64,000 bases of DNA from Chitinophaga pinensis (GCA_945901065.1 CAMDKI010000003.1:369640-433639), one strand, 5' to 3'; positions 27,254-37,560 are shown, counted from the stretch's first letter. The notes: generated by a model from the letters alone, not told the origin. Numbers and translations are program-made.

Positions 27254-28513
27254 ATGAGATTTATTACATTTTTACTGATAGCAATTTGTTTTTTGTTGAC
27301 AAACTCATTGTTAGGTCAAGGAAACGTGGGGATAGGTACTACCAATCCTAACCCTTCGGCTTTATTAGATTTAACTTCGAATGATAAGGGGATATTAATA
27401 CCTCGGTTAACTTCTGCAGAAAGAAACGCCGTAGTTGCTCCTGCTCAAGGACTTTTGGTGTTTGATATATCGGATACTACTTTTTGGTATTTCGATGGCA
27501 TTATTTGGGTGCAGGCTATTGGCCCGGCAGGTCCTCAAGGTCCCACAGGCCCAGCTGGGGCTAATGGGGCAACAGGGCCGACTGGCCCTCAAGGCATTGC
27601 AGGTGTGACCGGAAGTGCAGGTGCTACAGGACCGACAGGTGCCATTGGATTAACGGGCGCAACAGGTGCAGCAGGTACTCCTGGTTTGAATGGTGCCACA
27701 GGCGCAACGGGAGCTCCGGGTGCGGTAGGCGCTACAGGTGCAACTGGCGCCACTGGATTAACGGGTGCCACAGGTGCAACCGGTGCCACTGGATTAACGG
27801 GCGCAACAGGTGTGGCAGGTACTCCTGGTTTGAATGGTGCCACAGGTGCAACGGGAGCTCCGGGTGCGGTTGGCGCTACTGGTGCCACTGGATTAGCGGG
27901 TGCAACAGGTGCCGCAGGTGCGACAGGTCCAGCAGGCGCTACTGGTGCTACTGGCTTAACAGGCGCTACAGGGGCAGCAGGCGCTCCTGGTGCCACAGGT
28001 GCAACAGGAGCGGCAGGTCCGGCAGGAACTGGTGGAGCGATGTATCTTACTTGGGTAGGCGGTAGTCTATCACCGAATAGTGGTTCTCTTACTCGTTATT
28101 TTACTTGTGCCGACCCTGCCAATAATGCCTCTAACTGGGCAGGTGTGAGCATCATGACTCCCGAAGACAATTCAACTGCTATTGGAACGACAATAGGGTC
28201 GGATAATGAGTGGTTTTGCCCAATGAATGGTACAGCAGTTAAACTATGGCTCTCTATTCAGTTAAATAGCAGTGCCTCTCCTAACTCAACAACCTATACC
28301 TTCGATTTATATGACGTAACCACTGCTAGTACTACCGGTTTGAGTATTACCATTACGCATACTGGCAATGGCAATCCAGTATTTTCATCTACTACTGGCT
28401 CTGCAGCGTTAATTGCAGGCCATAGGTATACCATACGTAGTGTTCACAGCGCTGCCGAACTTAGTGGTGTATTATCTGATTGTAAGTTGGTAGTTGCGTT
28501 TACGCCAAATTAA
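27254..28513 (+). CDS. Secreted collagen-like (Gly-X-Y) protein
   Basis: Signal peptide; [16 protein letters not shown]...KGILIPR domain; about 57 uninterrupted G-X-Y triplets, GAT-rich; beta-rich C-terminal domain. Confidence 0.85.
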   Translation: MRFITFLLIAICFLLTNSLLGQGNVGIGTTNPNPSALLDLTSNDKGILIPRLTSAERNAVVAPAQGLLVFDISDTTFWYFDGIIWVQAIGPAGPQGPTGPAGANGATGPTGPQGIAGVTGSAGATGPTGAIGLTGATGAAGTPGLNGATGATGAPGAVGATGATGATGLTGATGATGATGLTGATGVAGTPGLNGATGATGAPGAVGATGATGLAGATGAAGATGPAGATGATGLTGATGAAGAPGATGATGAAGPAGTGGAMYLTWVGGSLSPNSGSLTRYFTCADPANNASNWAGVSIMTPEDNSTAIGTTIGSDNEWFCPMNGTAVKLWLSIQLNSSASPNSTTYTFDLYDVTTASTTGLSITITHTGNGNPVFSSTTGSAALIAGHRYTIRSVHSAAELSGVLSDCKLVVAFTPN

Positions 28514-28609
28514 GTTTTTGCGCCGCAAATTCAGATTTGCCAGCTTGTGCTGCTCTCCCAAGCGAGCTTGAAACTTACCTTGCGTTTTAAGACGCATCAC
28601 AAGCTATAT

Positions 28610-28710
28610 GAACCTGATTTGGCTTGACGACCTTGATAGAAATGGATTTTACCTTAGTATGTAAAATCCTTTTCTTAATCATCTAGATCCTATTTTTCGA
28701 GTAACGGTTC
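28610..28710. repeat. ~100-bp palindromic element, copy 1 (degenerate)
   Basis: gaacc.tgatt ... ggattttac-cttagtat-gtaaaatcc ... ggttc; same layout as 61512-61617. Confidence 0.6.
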
Positions 28711-28881
28711 TAACGCCACATAGTATGGGTGTTAACCAATATTTAAACTCACTACTTACCTGTTAGAAGGCCCTATTTCGTCAGGATGGATATGGTGTGG
28801 GATTTCGAGTCTCGTCCTCCATAAGGCGAAAGAAGGGTTTTGCATTTATTGAATCCATACTTTGGGGCTTTGCCAAAAACA

Positions 28882-28915
28882 AAAAGCGGCAGCACAATCA
28901 TGTGCCACCGCTTTT
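28882..28915 (-). terminator. Terminator, possibly bidirectional
   Basis: aaaagcggcagcac-aatcat-gtgccaccgctttt. Confidence 0.7.
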
Positions 28916-28938
28916 GAGTCTATTAAGCTGATGCCTAG

Positions 28939-30615
28939 TTATTCGCTAACCACTATTTTTTGTATGTTTTCGGCGCCATTGAGGGTGCTTCGTAAGATAT
29001 ACATGCCAGGTGCTAGCATATTAGTAGAAATACGCTGTGCATGGCTGCCTGCAGGTTGTTGGCCATTAGTAAGGTTTATCACCTGCTCGCCTACAAGGTT
29101 ATACAGGGCCGCTTCCAATTGGCCAGCTTGTTTAAGATCGTAGTAGATGGTAAACTCGCCATTGTTAGGGTTAGGGTAAACCTTCACAAAGGCATTCACG
29201 CCCTCGTTAATGTCGTTTACCGAGCTCACCAAGCTATCGCCTAAAATATATTGTATACCAAGAACCATCATCTCGTCGTCAGAGGTTAATCCCCATTCTA
29301 CGGGGTTAGGCCCAGCAGTGTTCAAGAATCTAGCTTCGTGTATAAAACCGTTGCGCGGGTCAACATCAAGCAAAGAGTCATCGGGGTAATATTTAAACGT
29401 TACTTCTGGCCCCCATCGGTAAAAGCCCACTGGGTAGTTGCCTTCGTAGCTATAGTTACCGTCATACACCATGTCGCCTTTAGTGCCGTCGCTATTGCGC
29501 AAAAACACCTCATAACCTACGCCGTATTTGTGGGTGTGTGTATATATATTCCATATTTTCCAGTTGCGCACCTCGTTTGTGTCGCTGGCTATCGCAGTTA
29601 TGGTATGCACCTGCCCATCTTGGGGTATTGATATAGTAAGGTCGGGTACGGTGCGCGTATACATGTAGTGTTCGGCAATGCCAGCTGCTTGGGTATCCAC
29701 ATTTAAGTACAAGTCGGTAGCTAGAATCGAATCTTGATTAGTGTTTTTGATATGCAGGTTCAAGTCAAATACTATGTTTTCGGGCCAGAAGTAGGCCGTG
29801 CCTTGAGGCAGTTGGTAGGTTTTTAAACCAGGGCCAGTAGCTATAGGATTGCGCACAAAAGCGTGCGAGTCGTCAGATGAGCCTTCGTTTAACCCCCTCA
29901 GTCCTTCTCTAAAGTTAACATCTGCACCAGATGAGTATGAATAAATTACAAAATGATGACTCGATTGAGGCATGTAACTCTCAATTTTAGTTACTTCAGT
30001 ACTCGAGCCAAAATCAGGTTTGTATTTAATAAAATACTCTGTTTCGGATGCGGGGCGAACAAAAATACGGCCTAGATATATTTGCACGCCTGTGCCCACC
30101 GCTGGAGGATTGCGTTGACCATAAGTATCATCAATGCCACCATCTCGGTAATAGGCGTTTATAAGCGAAGTATCAACCAATGTATCGGCAAACTGTGCCC
30201 CGAACAAAATCCATTGTCTTACTAATTCAATCTCATTGTCTGGCAACTTAGCTGCACCATAAGGCATATCTAGGCCTTCATTAGGCTGTTTTAAATCTAG
30301 CGGATCGCTGATGCCATGGGCCATTTTGCGGAGCAAAAAGCTGCGTACAGGGTCGCCTGGCTTAACAAGTTTGTTGGCCGAGGATAGTGCCGAAGGATTA
30401 ACCGGATTGGCATTTACAATGGAATTGTAAAATGCCGTATCTGACAATGTAACATTGAAGGTTGCCGTTGAGCCATTATGACAACCTGAGCCGCCACAGG
30501 TAGCTTGCAAAAGGTTGTGTACTTTTTGGAAGGTAGAGTTTTGACTAGAACCGGCTAAAGGAAACTGTAATAACACGGCTAGGATTAGGCCGGTTAATAC
30601 TGATAATGATTTCAT
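28939..30615 (-). CDS. T9SS type A protein: cytochrome c-like domain plus copper type II (PHM/DBH-like) monooxygenase domain
   Basis: CGGSGCH, VKPGDP..SFLLRK and MP...WI..GA; HH, LNLH, HTH and DDEMM putative copper ligands; VYPNPNNG...KIVV CTD. Confidence 0.75.
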   Translation of the reverse strand: MKSLSVLTGLILAVLLQFPLAGSSQNSTFQKVHNLLQATCGGSGCHNGSTATFNVTLSDTAFYNSIVNANPVNPSALSSANKLVKPGDPVRSFLLRKMAHGISDPLDLKQPNEGLDMPYGAAKLPDNEIELVRQWILFGAQFADTLVDTSLINAYYRDGGIDDTYGQRNPPAVGTGVQIYLGRIFVRPASETEYFIKYKPDFGSSTEVTKIESYMPQSSHHFVIYSYSSGADVNFREGLRGLNEGSSDDSHAFVRNPIATGPGLKTYQLPQGTAYFWPENIVFDLNLHIKNTNQDSILATDLYLNVDTQAAGIAEHYMYTRTVPDLTISIPQDGQVHTITAIASDTNEVRNWKIWNIYTHTHKYGVGYEVFLRNSDGTKGDMVYDGNYSYEGNYPVGFYRWGPEVTFKYYPDDSLLDVDPRNGFIHEARFLNTAGPNPVEWGLTSDDEMMVLGIQYILGDSLVSSVNDINEGVNAFVKVYPNPNNGEFTIYYDLKQAGQLEAALYNLVGEQVINLTNGQQPAGSHAQRISTNMLAPGMYILRSTLNGAENIQKIVVSE

Positions 30616-30799
30616 GGGAGTATAGTTTTGATAATGAGTAACTAGATTGGTTTATAGATTTCAATAGGTAATGGCGAATTTAGTCGTAAATTAACAAGCA
30701 ATCAACAGATTTTTATCACAAAAACCAAATATTGTTTGATAATTGTGACAAAAAAAGTGTTTTTTAGCGACAATTATTATTTTCTAAAAACTATCAACC

Positions 30800-31681
30800 A
30801 TGAATTATAATCTACTCCTTGTAGCGGCACTTATGCTACTTGTACCTCGTGTAAATGCCCAAGACACATTAGCAAATAGCGGGTTTGAAAGTTGGACCAA
30901 CCAAGGCACTTACGAAGACCTTGCTGACTGGAACACGCTTAATCCGCTATCTAGTGCCCTAGGTGTAATCACGGCTACTAAAACCACTGGTGCTGATGTG
31001 CATACTGGCTCATATGGATTGAAATTACAATCGAAATCAGTTTTGGGTACCATTCGCCCAGGAGTATTAACCACGGGAGTGATAAACGTAGCCAACTCAA
31101 CTATTGGTGGTGGCGTGCCTGTAAATTCACGACCAGTTTACCTAAGTGGTTGGTACAAGTATGCTCCTGTAGGTATTGATACTGCTTTGATTAGCGTTGT
31201 TTTTACTAAGTGGGATGCGGTAGGAGATTCGCAGATTATTATTGGTGTAGGTGGGTTTACCGAAACTGGCACAGTTTCAACGTATACTCCGTTTTCAGTA
31301 GAGATTGATTACCGTTCAGCCGATGTGCCCGATACGGCTTTGATCATTATTACATCGGGTAGCAATTTAGCGCCACAGCTTAATAGTGCTTTGATTATTG
31401 ATGATGTTGATTTCTCTTACACCGCTGTTGGTATTCTTAATCGGGTAGCAATAGAGCCGATAAGTTTTCATCCTAACCCTGCTCAAGGTTTTGTTACATT
31501 TACCAATTATAATGCCCAACAGCTTAATATACTTTCGTTGGAAGGTAAGCTTGTGTTCACTACAGAGTTGACTGCTGGCCAAAGTCGCGTTGATTTAAAA
31601 GGCTTTACCAAAGGCTTGTATATTTTAAATGCTGTTGATGCAAAGGGCAATGTCCGCTATGGTAAGTTGTTAGTGGAATGA
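30800..31681 (+). CDS. T9SS type A protein with PCMD-like carbohydrate-binding domain
   Basis: NSGFESW...RPVYLSGWYKY...LIIDDV; FHPNPA...KLLVE CTD. Confidence 0.75.
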   Translation: MNYNLLLVAALMLLVPRVNAQDTLANSGFESWTNQGTYEDLADWNTLNPLSSALGVITATKTTGADVHTGSYGLKLQSKSVLGTIRPGVLTTGVINVANSTIGGGVPVNSRPVYLSGWYKYAPVGIDTALISVVFTKWDAVGDSQIIIGVGGFTETGTVSTYTPFSVEIDYRSADVPDTALIIITSGSNLAPQLNSALIIDDVDFSYTAVGILNRVAIEPISFHPNPAQGFVTFTNYNAQQLNILSLEGKLVFTTELTAGQSRVDLKGFTKGLYILNAVDAKGNVRYGKLLVE

Positions 31682-33006
31682 AGATATTAGATATTATTCT
31701 AGTTTTGTTATTAGGGTATAATGTCGTTTTTGGCGCCAAACCCCTTGCTATTGATAGCCTTGCCCAAGGAAGTGCTATTTCCATTGGAGGCCCGTTAAAT
31801 GGCTGCAAAGATTCATTGGTATTGTTTTCCAACACATCAACAACTACTGCTGGTTGGGCTTGGCAATGGACTTTGGTAAAAGGCTCTGACACTGTCAGGC
31901 TTAGCACTACATCGCTGGCATATGCTTTTTATGCTGAGGGCAGCTATAAAGTGTTTCTGCATGGCGATAGTGCAACCTATTTTGGCGATGATAGCATCAT
32001 CATTGATATAGCCAATTGTAGAAATGTATGGCCTGGCGATGCAAATATGGATGGCTTAGTAGATGTTGATGATGTGTTTATCCTTGGGTTTAATTGGGGT
32101 GATACAGGTCCGGTGCGTCCAAATTCCTCTGTTGTTTGGATTGAGCAGCCGGCGACAGATTGGGGCAGTTGGTTCAACGGCATTAACAACAAACATGCTG
32201 ATACTGATGGTAATGGTGTAATTAATGTAGATGACACACTGGCAATAGCGGAGAATTTTGGCTATGCGGTAAACAAATATGGAGGGATTATGCACAATGC
32301 TCCATTGTTTTTACAGCCAGTAAACAGTAACTGGTATTGTGGAGATGTGGTCAGTTATAATATTGTTCTTGGTATTTTAAACAATGATGCCGATAATGTT
32401 TATGCTCTCTCATTCTACCTCGATTTAGATCCTATTATTTTTGATACTAGTGTTGCCCATATAGACTTAAGCAACTCATGGCTGGGCAATGCAGGAACCG
32501 ATGTTTTTAGTTTTAGAAAAATTATTGACACTCGATTGTACATTGCCATTGTGAGCACTACAAGGCAAAATCTTATTGGAAATGGCCGCATTGGTGGGTT
32601 GCACTTGCAAACGATGGCCTCATTGCCACCGGGTTTATCACAAGATTACTATTTAGCTGTGCCGAGCGGCATTAAAGGAAAAATGGCCAACGGAACTGAA
32701 CATACTTTCAGCTCACAGATTTCCGAAATATACATAAACGATACGCTCACTGGCACCAATAATCGAACGGAAGTGGGTTCTGTAAAGCTGTATCCTAACC
32801 CAGTTGGCGAGGTATTGAATATTAGTTTTCCGGTTGAAAAGCAATGGCAAATATTGTTAACCGATATGGCAGGAAACAAGATAATGAACGAAATGGCTAA
32901 GTTCCGCGATTATTCCCTCAACCTTAAGAATTTGAGCAGTGGGCTTTATTTGTTGTACCTGAATAATGAGGAGAGTGCTATTGTAAAAAAAGTAATGGTG
33001 GAGTAA
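31678..33006 (+). CDS. T9SS type A protein with PKD-like, dockerin-like and cohesin-like domains
   Basis: WPGDANMDGLVDVDD and ADTDGNGVINVDD Ca-loops; LYPNPV...KKVMVE CTD. Confidence 0.7.
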   Translation: MKILDIILVLLLGYNVVFGAKPLAIDSLAQGSAISIGGPLNGCKDSLVLFSNTSTTTAGWAWQWTLVKGSDTVRLSTTSLAYAFYAEGSYKVFLHGDSATYFGDDSIIIDIANCRNVWPGDANMDGLVDVDDVFILGFNWGDTGPVRPNSSVVWIEQPATDWGSWFNGINNKHADTDGNGVINVDDTLAIAENFGYAVNKYGGIMHNAPLFLQPVNSNWYCGDVVSYNIVLGILNNDADNVYALSFYLDLDPIIFDTSVAHIDLSNSWLGNAGTDVFSFRKIIDTRLYIAIVSTTRQNLIGNGRIGGLHLQTMASLPPGLSQDYYLAVPSGIKGKMANGTEHTFSSQISEIYINDTLTGTNNRTEVGSVKLYPNPVGEVLNISFPVEKQWQILLTDMAGNKIMNEMAKFRDYSLNLKNLSSGLYLLYLNNEESAIVKKVMVE

Positions 33007-33011
33007 TTTCC

Positions 33012-33743
33012 TTACCCCTCCAGCACCAACCGAAACCCCATGTTGGATGTACGGTGGTGCCTGCTGTTAATATTACGGGCCTGATTGTAGCAACGTTCAG
33101 AAGCGCTTTTCCAAGAGCCACCGCGCACAACCCTATACAAGGCTTTCTTTGTGTTCAATGGATGGGCAGCAGGGCTGCGCTTGTAGTAGCTACCGGCAAA
33201 CCAATCGCTGCAAAGCTCCCAAACATTGCCTGCCATATCGTATATGCCCAGTTCGTTGGGCTTAAGTTCGCCTACTGGGTGGGTAATACCTCCAGCATTG
33301 CTCACGTTCCAGGCCACGTCATCGAGCTTGTTGCTGCCAGGGTAGGTAAACCCTTTACTTTTGTTTCCGCCAATAGCGGCATATTCCCATTCCGCTTCGG
33401 TAGGTAGCCGGTATTTTTTGCCGGTTAGGGCATTCAATTTAGCTATAAAAGTGTTAATGTCGGCAGGTGTGGCTTGCTCTACTGGGCATTTACCGCAGGT
33501 ATTAAAGGTGGATGGGTTGCTGCCCATTACGGCCACCCACTGGTTTTGGGTTATTTCGTATTTGCCAATATAAAAGCTGTGGAGTGTAACAGCGTGAACC
33601 GGTATTTCCATTTTGGTTCCCTCTGAAGTGCCCATCTGAAAAGTTCCACCCTCAACAAAAACCATCTCGGGCTCGGCAATTTGAGCCAATAGTTGTGTTT
33701 GGATCAAAAATATCGTCAACCAGAAGTATAAACGTACTAACAT
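33012..33743 (-). CDS. Formylglycine-generating enzyme (SUMF1/FGE-sulfatase) domain protein
   Basis: GGTFQMG, RLPTEAEWEYAA, NELGIYDMAGNVWE, RGGSW and GFRLV motifs. Confidence 0.9.
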   Translation of the reverse strand: MLVRLYFWLTIFLIQTQLLAQIAEPEMVFVEGGTFQMGTSEGTKMEIPVHAVTLHSFYIGKYEITQNQWVAVMGSNPSTFNTCGKCPVEQATPADINTFIAKLNALTGKKYRLPTEAEWEYAAIGGNKSKGFTYPGSNKLDDVAWNVSNAGGITHPVGELKPNELGIYDMAGNVWELCSDWFAGSYYKRSPAAHPLNTKKALYRVVRGGSWKSASERCYNQARNINSRHHRTSNMGFRLVLEG

Positions 33744-33879
33744 GCTTTTCCTATGAATTACTTAAAAGGCCAAAATACCCATTATTCAACAAAAAAGGCG
33801 CACCAAGTTGCGGTTGTTTGCCATAAGGTTGACATCTTCTGAAACTAAGTGTACTTTCATAGCAATCAACGGCTCTATT

Positions 33880-34338
33880 ATGCATCCTTTACTTCGCAAT
33901 CTTTTAGCCGCAGTTGCGGGTTTGCTTGTTGGCGGTATTGTCAACGGGGTTATTGTAGACCTTAGTGGCATGGTGTTGCCACCCCCAGCCGGTGTTAACC
34001 CCAACGACCTAGAGAGCATCAAGGCCAATATACACCTTTATGAGCCAGTCCATTTTCTCTTTCCATTTTTGGCACATGCGCTGGGTACCTTGGTGGGGGC
34101 GTTTTTGGCAGCAAAAATTGCGGTGGCAAACAAAATGATACCAGCCCTAATTATTGGGGTAATGTTTTTGGCTGGTGGTATATACATGGTAACATTACTA
34201 CCCGCTCCTACATGGTTCATAGCCCTCGATTTGATAGTTGCTTATATACCAATGGCCTATTTGGGTGGCAAATTGGGTGGGGGTAAGACAGCAGCGGGTT
34301 CGCACCTAAATACAAATGACCAATTGCTAGACAACTAA
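33880..34338 (+). CDS. Hypothetical membrane protein
   Basis: 4 TM helices, LAHALGTLVGA; ATG at 33880 preferred. Confidence 0.7.
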   Translation: MHPLLRNLLAAVAGLLVGGIVNGVIVDLSGMVLPPPAGVNPNDLESIKANIHLYEPVHFLFPFLAHALGTLVGAFLAAKIAVANKMIPALIIGVMFLAGGIYMVTLLPAPTWFIALDLIVAYIPMAYLGGKLGGGKTAAGSHLNTNDQLLDN

Positions 34339-34349
34339 ATTTATAGTTT

Positions 34350-34775
34350 ATGAAACGGTTTGGTTTATTCAGTTTGCTGTTGGTTTTTAGTTTAGGTGTA
34401 ATAGCACAGCCATCAGAGAAACAAGTAACAGAATTGGTAACGAAACTTACCCAAGCCATGATTGATGCCGATAAGGCGGAGCTTGACCACTTAACTTCTG
34501 ATAACCTTAGCTATGGCCACTCGAGTGGCAGGGTAGAGGATAAGCATACTTTCGTGGAGAATATTGTAAATGGTAAGTCTGATTTTGTGACTATTGACCT
34601 TGCGGAGCAAACCGTAACCATATCGGGCAACGTAGCAGTGGTGAGGCATATTTTTTCGGCCACCACCAATGATAGCGGTAATGCTGGTTCGGTGAAATTG
34701 AAGGTGCTTTTGGTTTGGCAACAAGAAAAAGGCCATTGGAAGTTATTGGCCCGACAGGCGGTAAAAATTCCGTGA
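34350..34775 (+). CDS. NTF2-like / DUF4440 domain protein
   Basis: Signal peptide; LSYGHSSG and VW...WKLLARQA. Confidence 0.82.
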   Translation: MKRFGLFSLLLVFSLGVIAQPSEKQVTELVTKLTQAMIDADKAELDHLTSDNLSYGHSSGRVEDKHTFVENIVNGKSDFVTIDLAEQTVTISGNVAVVRHIFSATTNDSGNAGSVKLKVLLVWQQEKGHWKLLARQAVKIP

Positions 34776-34802
34776 AGCAAGAAATAACCCTATAATAACT
34801 GT

Positions 34803-34832
34803 AAAAGCATGGCATAGTGGCTATGCTTTTTT
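34803..34832 (+). terminator. Possible terminator/attenuator hairpin
   Basis: aaaagcatggc-atagtg-gctatgctttttt. Confidence 0.55.
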
Positions 34833-34845
34833 AATTTAGTGAACC

Positions 34846-35610
34846 ATGATGACATCTTTCAGCCTAAAAGGCAAAATAGCATTGGTTACGGGTTGCAACA
34901 AAGGTATTGGCAAGGCCATGGCCATTGGTTTGGCCGAAGCGGGTGCCGATATTATTGGAGTATCGGCCACTATGCCCGCATCGGGCAGCGATGTGGAGCA
35001 ACAAGTAACAGATTTGGGCAGGAAGTACTTTGCCTATGCCGCCGATTTATCTAACCGTGAGGCGTTGTATGCCTTCATCAAAAAGGTAAATGAAGCGCAC
35101 CCAGTAGTAGATATACTCATTAATAATGCGGGCACCATCATGCGCAAGCCTGCCGCCGAGCACCCCGATGAGTATTGGGACCAAGTACTGGCCTTGAACT
35201 TGGACACACCCTTTATCCTAGCCCGTGAGTTTGGCAAGCAGATGGTGGAGCGTGGTTCGGGTAAAATCATTTTCACGTGCTCGTTGCTTACCTTCCAAGG
35301 TGGCATTACGGTGCCGGGCTATGCGGCTAGCAAGGGTGCTTTGGGTAGCTTGGTAAAGGCGTTAGCTAACGAGTGGGCTGCCAAGGGCGTAAATGTAAAC
35401 GGCATTGCACCGGGCTACATTGCTACCGATAATACCGAAGCCTTGCGCAACGATAAGGAACGCAGTGCGTCCATCCTGTCGCGTATACCAGCTGGCCGCT
35501 GGGGCGACCCGGATGACTTTAAAGGAGCGACCGTTTTTTTGGCATCTAGTGCAGCCGATTATGTGCACGGCACCATACTTACCGTGGATGGTGGCTGGAT
35601 GGGGAGATAG
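34846..35610 (+). CDS. kduD: 2-dehydro-3-deoxy-D-gluconate 5-dehydrogenase
   Basis: SDR motifs TGxxxGIG, NNAG and YAASK; FQGGITVP; VDGGWMGR; next to kduI. Confidence 0.88.
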   Translation: MMTSFSLKGKIALVTGCNKGIGKAMAIGLAEAGADIIGVSATMPASGSDVEQQVTDLGRKYFAYAADLSNREALYAFIKKVNEAHPVVDILINNAGTIMRKPAAEHPDEYWDQVLALNLDTPFILAREFGKQMVERGSGKIIFTCSLLTFQGGITVPGYAASKGALGSLVKALANEWAAKGVNVNGIAPGYIATDNTEALRNDKERSASILSRIPAGRWGDPDDFKGATVFLASSAADYVHGTILTVDGGWMGR

Positions 35611-35676
35611 TTGAAATTGAAAAGAATTAGATTTTCATAGAGAATACTGATAAAAGTATAAAGAAACAAAACACCA

Positions 35677-36507
35677 ATGGATATTAGGTTTAGCTCAAGT
35701 CCGGCAGAAGTAAAGGGAATGGATACCGCAGCATTGCGCAACCATTTTTTGATTGGTGCCTTGATGAAGCCCGACGAGGTAACGCTTACCTATACCCATT
35801 ATGATAGGTTGATTGTGGGCGGCATAGCGGCTTCCCACAAAGCTACACCCTTGCACGTGGAGGCTGAGCTGCGCGCCGATTACTTTTTGGAGCGTAGGGA
35901 ATTGGGTATCATTAATGTGGGTAGCAAAGGCATTGTAACTGCCGATGGCGTGAGTTACGAATTGGATAAACTAGATGCCTTGTATTTGGGCAAGGGCACC
36001 AAGGACGTAACCTTTAAAGCCGCGGATGGCAGTGCACCCGCCTATTTCTATTTAATATCGGCACCTGCGCACCACACTTACCCCAACCGTAAAATGACCA
36101 AAGAAGAAGCCACGCCCGTAAACCTAGGCGAGGCTGCCACCGCCAACAAGCGCACCATATACAAGTACATCCATTTGGATGGCATACAAAGCTGTCAATT
36201 GGTGATGGGGCTAACGACCTTGGAAGATGGCAGTGTTTGGAACTCCGTACCTCCGCACACCCATACGCGCCGCACAGAAGTGTATTTCTATTTCGATGTA
36301 CCTACCGAGCACCGTGTGTTCCATTTTATGGGCCAACCCATGGAAACTAGGCATATGGTAATGGCCAACCACGAAGCGGCTATTTCACCACCATGGTCGG
36401 TGCACTTTGGTTCGGGTACAGCTAATTATGGTTTCATTTGGGCTATGGCTGGCGAGAACCTCGTTTTCAGTGATATGGATCCTGCGCCGGTGGCCAGCTT
36501 GCTATAA
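35677..36507 (+). CDS. kduI: 5-dehydro-4-deoxy-D-glucuronate isomerase
   Basis: YTHYDR, FLERRELGIIN, CQLVMG, VWNSVPPHTH and FIWAMAGEN motifs. Confidence 0.93.
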   Translation: MDIRFSSSPAEVKGMDTAALRNHFLIGALMKPDEVTLTYTHYDRLIVGGIAASHKATPLHVEAELRADYFLERRELGIINVGSKGIVTADGVSYELDKLDALYLGKGTKDVTFKAADGSAPAYFYLISAPAHHTYPNRKMTKEEATPVNLGEAATANKRTIYKYIHLDGIQSCQLVMGLTTLEDGSVWNSVPPHTHTRRTEVYFYFDVPTEHRVFHFMGQPMETRHMVMANHEAAISPPWSVHFGSGTANYGFIWAMAGENLVFSDMDPAPVASLL

Positions 36508-36510
36508 CCC

Positions 36511-37560
36511 CTACCGCTGCACCCTGCCGCTGCCGTCGCCTTTCAGCAAATCGTTTACTTCGGCAAGTGTGGCATGGTTAAAGTCACCTGGGATAGTGTG
36601 CTTCAGTGCAGCTGCCGCCACGCCAAACTCTGCCGCTTGTGCCATTGGCATACCCGTTACTAGGCCATAAATCAACCCACCGGCAAAGGCATCGCCGCTG
36701 CCAACCCGGTCCACAATGCGTACTTCGTATTTTTTGGTGTGGTAAAATTCGTTACCATCATAAACCAAAGCGCTCCAACCGTTATCAGAGGCACTATGGC
36801 TTTCGCGTAAGCTCGATGCGATTATCTTAAACCCAAACTTAGCTTTCATTTGCTCACACACGGCTTGGTATCCGGCCAAATCCAGCTCGCCTTTGGTTAC
36901 ATCGGTGCCAGCGGCTGTAAAGCCTAAACTGTTATCGGCATCTTCCTCATTGCCGATACATACATCCACGTACTGGCAAAGGCGGGTCATCACTTCGCGG
37001 GCTTTATCCTTGCTCCACAATTTCTTGCGGTAGTTTAGGTCGATGCTGGTAGTAATACCTTTGGCCCTAGCTGCTTTTAAAGCCGCTTCGGTGAGTGCCG
37101 CACCTTTATCGCTAAGGGCTGGAGTAATACCCGTAGTATGGAACCAAGTGGCCCCCTCAAAAATCGCATCAAAATCAAATTCGCTTGCCTCTGCTTCGGC
37201 AATAGATGCCCCGGCCCTATCGTATATTACTTGCGAAGCACGCATAGAGGCACCGGTTTCCAGAAAGTATATGCCCAACCGTTGACCCCCACGAGCTATA
37301 AACTGCGTATCCACGCCAAAGCGCCTTAAGTGGTTGATGGCCGCTTGCCCCAAGGGGTTGCTGGGCACCCGGGTTACAAAAGTACCGTTCAAACCAAAGT
37401 TGCTCAACGATGCGGCCACATTAGCTTCGCCACCGCCATAGGTTACATCAAAGCTATCCGTTTGCACAAACCTATCGAACCCAGGGGTAGAAAGTCGCAT
37501 CATTATTTCGCCGAGGGTAACTACTTTGTGGGGCATATTAATGGTTTTTATTAGTTTCAT
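36511..37560 (-). CDS. kdgK: 2-dehydro-3-deoxygluconokinase (PfkB family)
   Basis: GEIMMRLS, GGGEANVA, DLNYRKKLW, DRVGSGDAF and GRVQR; start may be 37536. Confidence 0.88.
   Translation of the reverse strand: MKLIKTINMPHKVVTLGEIMMRLSTPGFDRFVQTDSFDVTYGGGEANVAASLSNFGLNGTFVTRVPSNPLGQAAINHLRRFGVDTQFIARGGQRLGIYFLETGASMRASQVIYDRAGASIAEAEASEFDFDAIFEGATWFHTTGITPALSDKGAALTEAALKAARAKGITTSIDLNYRKKLWSKDKAREVMTRLCQYVDVCIGNEEDADNSLGFTAAGTDVTKGELDLAGYQAVCEQMKAKFGFKIIASSLRESHSASDNGWSALVYDGNEFYHTKKYEVRIVDRVGSGDAFAGGLIYGLVTGMPMAQAAEFGVAAAALKHTIPGDFNHATLAEVNDLLKGDGSGRVQR

Noticed and set aside
27589-27996. Antisense PVAPVA-repeat ORF
   Set aside because: Mirror of the collagen G-A-T codons.
28785-28825. tRNA-like 3' end (gggatttcgagtctcgtcctcca)
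   Set aside because: No acceptor stem, D-arm or anticodon arm could be built, and the T-arm is imperfect.
33012-33743. FGE-type (CLec fold) gene as a diversity-generating retroelement target
   Set aside because: No reverse transcriptase and no template-repeat copy of its 3' end were found in the window.
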